64,000 bases of DNA from Verrucomicrobiota bacterium (GTDB lineage: Bacteria; Verrucomicrobiota; Verrucomicrobiia; Limisphaerales; SXTU01), in NCBI GenBank assembly GCA_039796295.1, contig JBDKJY010000021.1:34868-98867 (forward strand), given 5' to 3'. Shown piece by piece: positions 1 through 7,600 of this stretch; within the stretch, counting starts at the first letter, position 1, and each line of letters begins with the position of its first letter. A model generated the notes under the pieces. The model saw only the letters and a program-made list of their open reading frames with translations, did no database searches and was not told the origin of the DNA. Made by a program: the position numbers and the translations under genes.

Positions 1-473
1 TTGAGCGGACGAAACGCCCAGTAGTCGCGGCCCTGCGGGATGCTGATTTCGCGGCGGGCCTTCGCCACCTCGCCGGTGCGCGGGTCCGGCGCGCCCATCG
101 CGATCCACTTCTCGAAGTCCGCGATGACCTCGGGCGACAACTTCTTCTTCGGTGGCATGTGCAGGTCTTCGCGCGACCAGCGCATGGCTTTGATGAGCAA
201 ACTGTCGTCGGGCTTGCCGGGCACGATGGTCGCCCCTTCGTCGCCGCCGGCTAGCAGCGCGGCGCGCGTGTCGAGGAAGAGACCGCCTTTAAGCTTCCCC
301 TTGGTTTTCGCCTCGGTCGAATGGCATTCGTAGCAAGCCGAGACCAGCACGGGCCGAATCTTCTGCTCGAAGAAGGCGACGCCTTCGGGCGAAGGAGTGG
401 CAGTCGCGGCAGCAGCGTGGGCGATGGGGAATGCCAGCAGAAGGGCGGCGGCGAAGGTCAGTTGGGGCGTCAT
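1..473 (-). CDS. PSCyt1/DUF1549-type (Planctomycete cytochrome c domain) protein, N-terminal part; 3' end runs off the window
   Basis: Own translation of the minus strand from ATG 473-471 gives MTPQLTFAAALLLAFPIAHA (signal peptide), then FFEQKIRPVLVSACYECHS and LHMPPKKKLSPEVIADFEKWI. The frame stays open to nt 1. It is absent from the ORF track because there is no stop inside the window. Confidence 0.75.
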   Translation of the reverse strand, partial: MTPQLTFAAALLLAFPIAHAAAATATPSPEGVAFFEQKIRPVLVSACYECHSTEAKTKGKLKGGLFLDTRAALLAGGDEGATIVPGKPDDSLLIKAMRWSREDLHMPPKKKLSPEVIADFEKWIAMGAPDPRTGEVAKARREISIPQGRDYWAFRPL

Positions 474-665
474 GCGAGTTGGAACCTGAAAATGCAACGG
501 GCGCTTGGACGGCGAGTGCGGCGTCGGGCATGAAGGAAAGTTTGACCGCCTCCGCAGAAGCCTCCGCAGCCGGTGCTTGAACCGCTGAAACGTGCTGCAG
601 ACGTCGGCGTCCGCACGCCAAGCGTCGGACTTCCCGTCCCACTGCTGCTCCGGCAAAGATGCCCC

Positions 666-1517
666 GTGCCTGAACTGCCTGAAGTCGAAGTGCTCGTCCG
701 CCATCTTGCGCCGGTCCTGCGGAACAAAGTCGTCCGCAGCGTGCTGGTGCGGAAGGCGAAGGTGTGTCGGCCCACGACCGAGAGCGCGCTACGGGCCGCG
801 CTGACCGGTGCGCGGTTCGTTGGACTTGAGCGGCGGGGTAAGTATCTGGTGTTCACTTGGCGGCGGCCGGGTAGGGCAGGGGAAGTCACCGTCACCGGAC
901 ACCTCGGCATGACGGGGCGGATGTATCTACTGCCGAAGCGTGCGCCGCTGCCGAAGCACGCGGTCGTCGTGCTGGGGTTGTGCCGGAACAACTTCGTCTA
1001 TGAAGACCCACGGCAGTTCGGGCGGTTCACGCTGGCGGATGACGCGGTGCAAGCGCTGGGGCCGGAGCCACTGGGAGAGGGATTTTCCGTGGAGGTTTTC
1101 GCTGGGGCGCTCCGCCGTTCCGCTCAAGCCATCAAGGTAAAGCTGCTCGACCAGTCGCTCGTGGCGGGCATCGGCAACATCTACGCAAGTGAAGCGCTCT
1201 TCCGCGCAGGCGTGTCACCCCGACGCACGGCGCGGCGGGTGAAGCCAGCGGAGGTCGCGCGGTTGCACGCGGCCATCCGCGAGGTGCTGGCGGAGGCGAT
1301 TGAGTCTGGCAGCACCATCCCGTTGGACTTCGTTGGCGCTGGGAAGCGCGACGGGTTGTTCTACTACGGGGCGGTGGAGGGCAACTCGGCGTTCTACCAA
1401 GAGCGGCTGCGCGTTTACGACCGCGCGGGCCAGCCGTGTGTGAACTGCGCCGCGCCCATCAGGCGACTCGTGCAAGCGGCGCGGAGCACGTTCTACTGTC
1501 CGGGGTGCCAGAAGTAG
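666..1517 (+). CDS. mutM: formamidopyrimidine-DNA glycosylase
   Basis: A GTG at 666 gives (M)PELPEVEVLVRHL, the catalytic N-terminal Pro motif. Also present are GIGNIYASEALFRAGVSP and the C-terminal zinc finger CVNC...YCPGCQK. The ORF-track start at 573 is a 5' over-extension. Confidence 0.9.
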   Translation: MPELPEVEVLVRHLAPVLRNKVVRSVLVRKAKVCRPTTESALRAALTGARFVGLERRGKYLVFTWRRPGRAGEVTVTGHLGMTGRMYLLPKRAPLPKHAVVVLGLCRNNFVYEDPRQFGRFTLADDAVQALGPEPLGEGFSVEVFAGALRRSAQAIKVKLLDQSLVAGIGNIYASEALFRAGVSPRRTARRVKPAEVARLHAAIREVLAEAIESGSTIPLDFVGAGKRDGLFYYGAVEGNSAFYQERLRVYDRAGQPCVNCAAPIRRLVQAARSTFYCPGCQK

Positions 1518-1570
1518 AGCAGGCGATTGCCAGTGCGTTCCCCACGAATCTCGATGGGATTGGCGGCGGC

Positions 1571-1645
1571 CCCGTGCCGGCGGCTTGCAGCCGCCGCCCG
1601 GAGCTTCCGTGCCAACCGACGGCGACTGCAAGTCGCCGGCACGGG
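1571..1645. terminator. nested hairpins between convergent mutM and the giant ORF (putative bidirectional terminator)
   Basis: Outer inverted repeat CCCGTGCCGGCG (1571-1582) / CGCCGGCACGGG (1634-1645). Inner stems are 1578-1584/1590-1596 (CGGCGGC..GCCGCCG) and 1620-1627/1631-1638 (CGGCGACT..AGTCGCCG). There is no clear T-tract. Confidence 0.4.
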
Positions 1646-1647
1646 CA

Positions 1648-4600
1648 TCACGCCGCTCGCCGTTGGGCGAACACCGCGACGGCCACCCACAGCGCGAGGA
1701 AAGCAGCGATGGTCAGCGCGATGGGCTTGAGCCAGCCGCTGGCCTTTTGATTTCGGGCGGTGAACTCCACGGTCATGGGCTTGTTCACCTCGGTCTGGAG
1801 GACTTGCGTGAAGGCGTGGCGCTGGCCGCGCAACGGGAGGTTCACCCGCAGCGGCTGCACGGTGGCGACGGTCACTTCCTGCGCCTTCTGGAGCTTCTCC
1901 AACTGCTGCTCGGCGGCGTCGGTGTCGTAGCGCGACAGTTGTTGCTGCGTCACCTTTCCATCGCCAGAGGGCGAGACACTGGGACTTGTCGCATCTTCAA
2001 ACGCCGCTCCAAATTTCTTCGCGTTGTCCAACGAGTAAGCCTGCTGTGCCTGCACGAGGTTGCTCGCCTGCGAGCGGCGGAGCTGCACTTCGACTTCCTT
2101 CAACTGCCGCATCTCGTCCACCTCGGCTCCCTTATTGCCGCCGCCTTGTCCGGGGTTGCGCTTGAAGTTGAACCACTCGTTGTTCGCCTCGTTTAGCTTA
2201 CCGGACGAGAGCAGGCTGTTGAGTCTTCCGAGGCTCGACTTCGACTCGCTGTCGCGGTCAGCGCGCACCTTCGCCTCTTGCTTGGAATACTCCGCCGCCG
2301 AGTAGTTCACGGTCACGACCGTCGCGCCGCTCAGGTCGCGGCCCATCGTGCCGGCGAACTCCGTGTATTCGTAGTCCGGCGGCAGCAGCAGCTCCCAGCG
2401 CGCGTTCTTCAGCGGCACGTCGAACTTCGGCGAGGCGAAGGCCACGTGGCCCTTGCGCTTCGGGAACTTGTCCGCTGCGACGTAGGTGAACTCGATGGGC
2501 AACGCCGCGTCGCCGCCGGCCTGCTCCATCGGCAACAGCAGCTTGCCGCCCTGCTTGGTCGGGCGCACGGGCTGGCCGTTCACGAAGGCGCTCCAGACAA
2601 TCGCCCCCGTCGGCAACTCCACTTCGAGGAACTGCCGGCCGTTGTTGCGCATGGACAACGAAACCTCCGTCATCATTTGCCCGTCGTCGGCCACGACGGT
2701 CGTGAGCCGCGCGCTGTCCACGAGCGCCTGCAAGACCGCCGCTTCGGCGAAGCGCTGCGGGGTCACCGCCAGCTTCCAGCCGGGTCGCAGGTAACGCCAC
2801 GCCAGCACCACTTGCTCGCCCTTCGCGCCGGTCGCGTAGGCCGCCGCCCACTCAGGCAGCTCGCGCGCGTCGATGCGCACCAGCTCCGTGCTCGCGGACT
2901 TCTCGGACACTTGCAGCGGCGGCTTGGCGAGGATGGCCACCGACCCCGTCTCGCGCTCGACACCCACGGCCTCGACCGCCGGCACTTCCACGGGCGCGTT
3001 CGTCTTCGCGGCACGCGGTTGCTCCCACGTCACCATGAACGTGTGCTGGCCGCGCAGTTTGTGCTGCAGCTCCACGCGCCACACCTCGCCCGTCTGGTCG
3101 CGGCGGCGGATGTTCGGCCCGGTGATGTCCACGTTCGTGACGGTCAGCGGAATCTTCAGCCGGAACTCCTTCACCGGCGCATTGGCGATGTCCAGCCGCA
3201 CCAGCGCGCGCCCGCTCACGAGCGTCTCGGACACGCTGATGAGGTTCACCACCTCGGCGCGCACCCACGACTCGAGCTGCTCCGTCGCCACGCCCAGCTT
3301 CCAAGCAGGCATCGGCGTCGGGTCGGGGGAAAGGAACTTGAAGGCCAGCGTCGGAATCTCGCTCGACCCTTTGTAGATGCCGACCGGCATGGACGCGGCG
3401 GGAACTTCCGTCAAGCCGTCGAAGCTCTCGGTCTTCACCGAGATGCCCGCCTCGGTGGAGACGGAGACGAAGCCATTCAGCTTGTGGACGCCCAGCGGAT
3501 GCACGGCCGGGACCGCGAGGGTCTTGGGCGCTTCCTTCACCGTCCGCGCGAGCACGACCAGCAGCGAGACCTGGCCCTGCGTGCGTTCGCGCAGCGGCAC
3601 TTCGAGCACGCGCACTCCGGCCTCCGTCTTCTCGGTCCAGTTGTTGATGGGCATCAACGCGCTGCCCTTGGCCCGCAACGTGGCGTCCGCGTAGGCGACG
3701 GTTTCAATCCGCCAGCCCACGGGAATCTGCGCGCGCAACTGGAAGATGCCGGCCTTCTTCACCGTGTAGCTGAACTCTGCCGCGAGCGTGAGCTGCTCCG
3801 CGCCGAGCCGCAGCCGTTGCAGCACCAGCGCCTCGACCTGCGGCTGCACGGCCTCGGCCTTCACCGTCAGTTGAAACGTGCTGCGCAGGTAGCGGAACGC
3901 GCTGACGAGGTCGGTGTAGTTGAGCTTGCTGGCGCGGTTGAACTCGGCGAGTTCCACGCGCTGGAGGTCCTCGGCGGTCTCCACCGCCAGACTCGTCTCC
4001 TCCGCGCCGCGCGCGGCGACCAGGCCCGCCTCGCGGCGCACGTCCTGCACCACGGGCACTTCCACCTTCACCGTCGCGGGCAGCGTGGGCAGCGGCTTCT
4101 CGGTCTCGATGGTCAAGCGCCAGTTCGCGGTCGCGCCCTTGAGCAGGTCCACGGAGAGAACTTCCGCGCCGCCCTCCGTCAGGAGTTCCCAGGTGCGGAT
4201 GCCCTCGCCTTCGACGCGCAGCAGGCGCTGCCCGGCGGGCAGGCGGACCTTGGCCTGGCGCAGCTCGCCCTGCGCGATTTGGTAGTCCACCACCGCGCGC
4301 GAGTTCACTACGCCACCGCCGACGGTCACGAGCGTGGCGGTCTGCGCGAACACGGTGGCCTCCATCTCGGCGAGGCGTTTCATGCGCGGCGTCCAGGCGA
4401 GGTCCACGCGGTCGGTGCTGCCGATGATGGCCTCGACGCGCGTCTGCTTGCCGGCGGGCGTGCGCTTGAAGGCCACGGCGCTGGGGAACTCGACATCCGC
4501 GTCCGGCTCGTCAATGAGCGCGGTGAACTGGCTGGCCAGCGCGGGCGGCAGGCCGAAGCCGAGCCGGCGCTTGGTGACATCGCCGTCGAGGCGGACGAAC

Positions 4601-7600
4601 AGCTTCAACTCCACCGTGACTGCGCCGCTCTTGGGCAACCACACGCGGGCGAAGCCGCCTTCGCGCACGAGCCGCGCCTCGCCGGTCTTGGCGGTGAAGC
4701 TCTGGATGGCCACGTCCTCGCCGAAGAGCGTGAAGGTCTGGTTCGTGCCGGTGGAACTGACCACCAGCGTGGCGGTGAACTCAGCGGCCTTCTCCCGGAT
4801 GGTGCCGGTGTAGGTGGCTGATTGCAGGGTGACGGGTGAATTGTGAATGGTGAGGGGTGAGGAGTAAGGAGTCGGCTGGGCGAGCGCGCTGGTGGTCAGG
4901 AGCGCGAAGGCCAGCAGCGCCGCAGCCGGAGGAACTGGACCCGAGCCGCTGTCCGCAACGGACGGCTTCGATTCAGCCATCGGCACCGGCGTCACGCTGC
5001 CTTCACTCCTCACCATTTTCTCCTCACCATTCACCTTCCCACGCGGCCAAAACCTCCACGCCAGCCAGCACAGCAACGCCGCCCCAGCCAACGGCACGGC
5101 AGCGATTAGAACCCAATGCAGCGTCCTGGCCGACAGCCCCAGCCACACGACGCCCGCGAGCGCGAGCGCTAGTCCGAGCGCGATGCCGAAGGAGCTGCGG
5201 TCAGCGCGCCGCCAGTGGATGAGTGCCCACAGCAGCCCGCCGAGGAAGAGCGCGAGCTGCCCGGCGGACTGCGCCGCGCGGAACTTGCCCAGCGGCATGA
5301 GCGACATCTCGATGCCCAGCGGCTCGGACTTGAGGTTGAGCACCTTGGTGAACGTGAACGCCTGCCCGCTGCGCGGGATGTCGATGCGGATGGAGCGCAT
5401 CCCCACCGCCGTCTGCGCGGCTTCGCCATCGGCCCGCGCGAAGCCGAACCCGCCACTGCCTGCGCCGCCGCCGCCCGCTACTCCGGCGGCAAGCATCCCG
5501 AGTTGGAAGGCCCCGCTCTGGTCCTTCGAGTCGCTTAGAACACTGCGACTCAAGGAATTAACCGCATCGCTGCCCGCAACGGCTGTTCCATTGGCCGACA
5601 AAAAGCCAAGGGTTACGGTGCCGGGGGAACCGCCCGCCCGCTGAACCTGAAGTGAGTTTTGAATGGCCGGAACTGAAAAATTCCTAGTCTCAATGCCATC
5701 GGCGAGCGAAAGCGCTCCGGCCGCTGTGAGTGGCTCGGGAACGGGTGATGCGACAGGCGGCGGTGTCATTGGCATTGGCCCGGAAGCGGCCTTACGCTCG
5801 GCGGCCATGCGACTTGCTACCTCAGCCGGGGTGGCGACTTTTGCCTTCTCACTCCACTTCGCCGTCACTTCTACGCCCCGTCCGGCTGCCATTGGTTCCT
5901 GGCGGGCCGCCTCGAGCCGGTCACTGAGCTTGTCCACTCGGGCCAACTGCTCGACTTCGCCAGACTCACGCCTTTTGTCCGCCATCTGTTTGGCCATCGG
6001 CTTGGCTGGCGCGTTGCCTGGGGCGTCAGCCGTTCTGTAACTAGAGTCCAAAGAGCCATCCGCGTTCAGCCGTTTGATGCGGCCCCGGGCGGCGACTCCG
6101 TTGAAGGTGCTGAAGCCCCCCCCGACCAAAGCGTTGCCGTCCGATTGCAAGGCCAGCGCCTGCACATCCTTCTTCATCCCCACGCCCTGGGCCTGGCGCA
6201 CGGCGGACTGGGCTACGATTTGCGCGTCCTTCTGCTGGGCTTGCGCGAAGTCGGAACTGCTGAGTTGCCGCACGCTGCCGTCGGCGAAGACCGCGTTGCG
6301 CCCGCCGTTGTCCACGGGCGAGTAGGCGAGCAGGGCGTCGCCGTGCTCGGGCTTGCCCGCGCCGACCCAGACGTAGCGCTCGCCGCTGTCCGGGTCGGTG
6401 AGGATTTTGTCGCTGCCCAGCTCGTTCATCATCTCCTCGAAGTTGTCGGGGAAACGGTCCGCGTTGTCGTTGGCGAAGACCCGCGCTCCGAGGCCGATTT
6501 GCTTGAGGTTGCTCACCGACTTGATGCGGCTGGCCTTGGCCTTCGCCTTGGACAGTGCGGGCAACAGCATTCCCCCCATGATGGCGCAGACGAACAGCAC
6601 CACGGCGGCGGTGCCGAAGCCCTTCATCCCATTCTTCTTCACCGAGCGCGCGATGAAGTAAACGACCGCGAGGAACGCCAGACCGCCGAGGAGTTGGCCC
6701 CACACGTCTTCCCACCACGAGAGGAAGCGGTCCCACGCCTCGCGCAGGCCGTAGGTGGTCCCGCGTGCAATGCTCATGGTGCCGCCGAAGCTGGAGACGC
6801 GCTTCGTGGCGGGGACGAAGAGCTGCCACTCGGCGTAGGTGTTGGGCACGTCGGTGGCCGGCGCGGTGAGGGCGACGTGCTGCGGCAGCCACTGGTCCAG
6901 CGCGGCGAGCTTCTGCGCATACACGATGTCCACGGCGAAGGCCTCGTCGCGGTTCTCGCCGCGCGGCAGCGGGATTTGCAGCCAGTCGCCGTCGCGCTCG
7001 GCCTTGCTGGGCTGGTTGTTCACGTAGCAGCCCCAGAAGTTCGCGCCCGCCGGGAGCTTGAAGCGCTGGAACTGCTTCTCGTTGTTCTTCACCATGAAGC
7101 TGGCCTGCGTGAGCATCTCGGCCGCCTCGGTCACGACGCTGGTGATTTGCGTGCGGTCGGCCACGGCGTCGAGCACGCGCTCCTCGTCGAAGCGCGCCGC
7201 GTCCGCTGTGAGCGCGTAGCCGCCGCCGGTGTAGCGATACGCCAGCAGCACGGGCCGCGTGATGAGCGCGCGGTCGGTCTCGGCCAGCTCGGTCTGGTCA
7301 ATGGCCCGCAACGGCTCGGCGGCGGGCTTGGGCTGGAGTTTCAGGTTCGCGGCGGCGGTCACGGCCAGCGAACCGGTCTCGCGCTCGACGCCGTCGCAAT
7401 GCGCGCCCGCGAGGTCGAGCACGGCCTTCTTCGGGTCGAACTGGTAGTCGTAGGTGACGACGAGCGTGTAGCCGCCCCAGGCTTTGTCTTGGAGGGAGAT
7501 GGTCCAGATATTGGTCACAGGCGGGACGCCCGCGCTCCCCAGCTCCTTGCGCCGGATATTCGGCCCGGTGAACTCGACGTTCTTCCAATGCGCCGGGAGC

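Noticed and set aside
2278-4821. 847-aa plus-strand ORF (and the similar 6145..8817 plus-strand ORF, 890 aa) overlapping the giant minus-strand gene
   Set aside because: The translations are Arg/Gly/His/Leu-rich low-information sequence, typical of the antisense frame of a high-GC3 gene. The opposite strand carries coherent domain-like sequence and internal paralogy.
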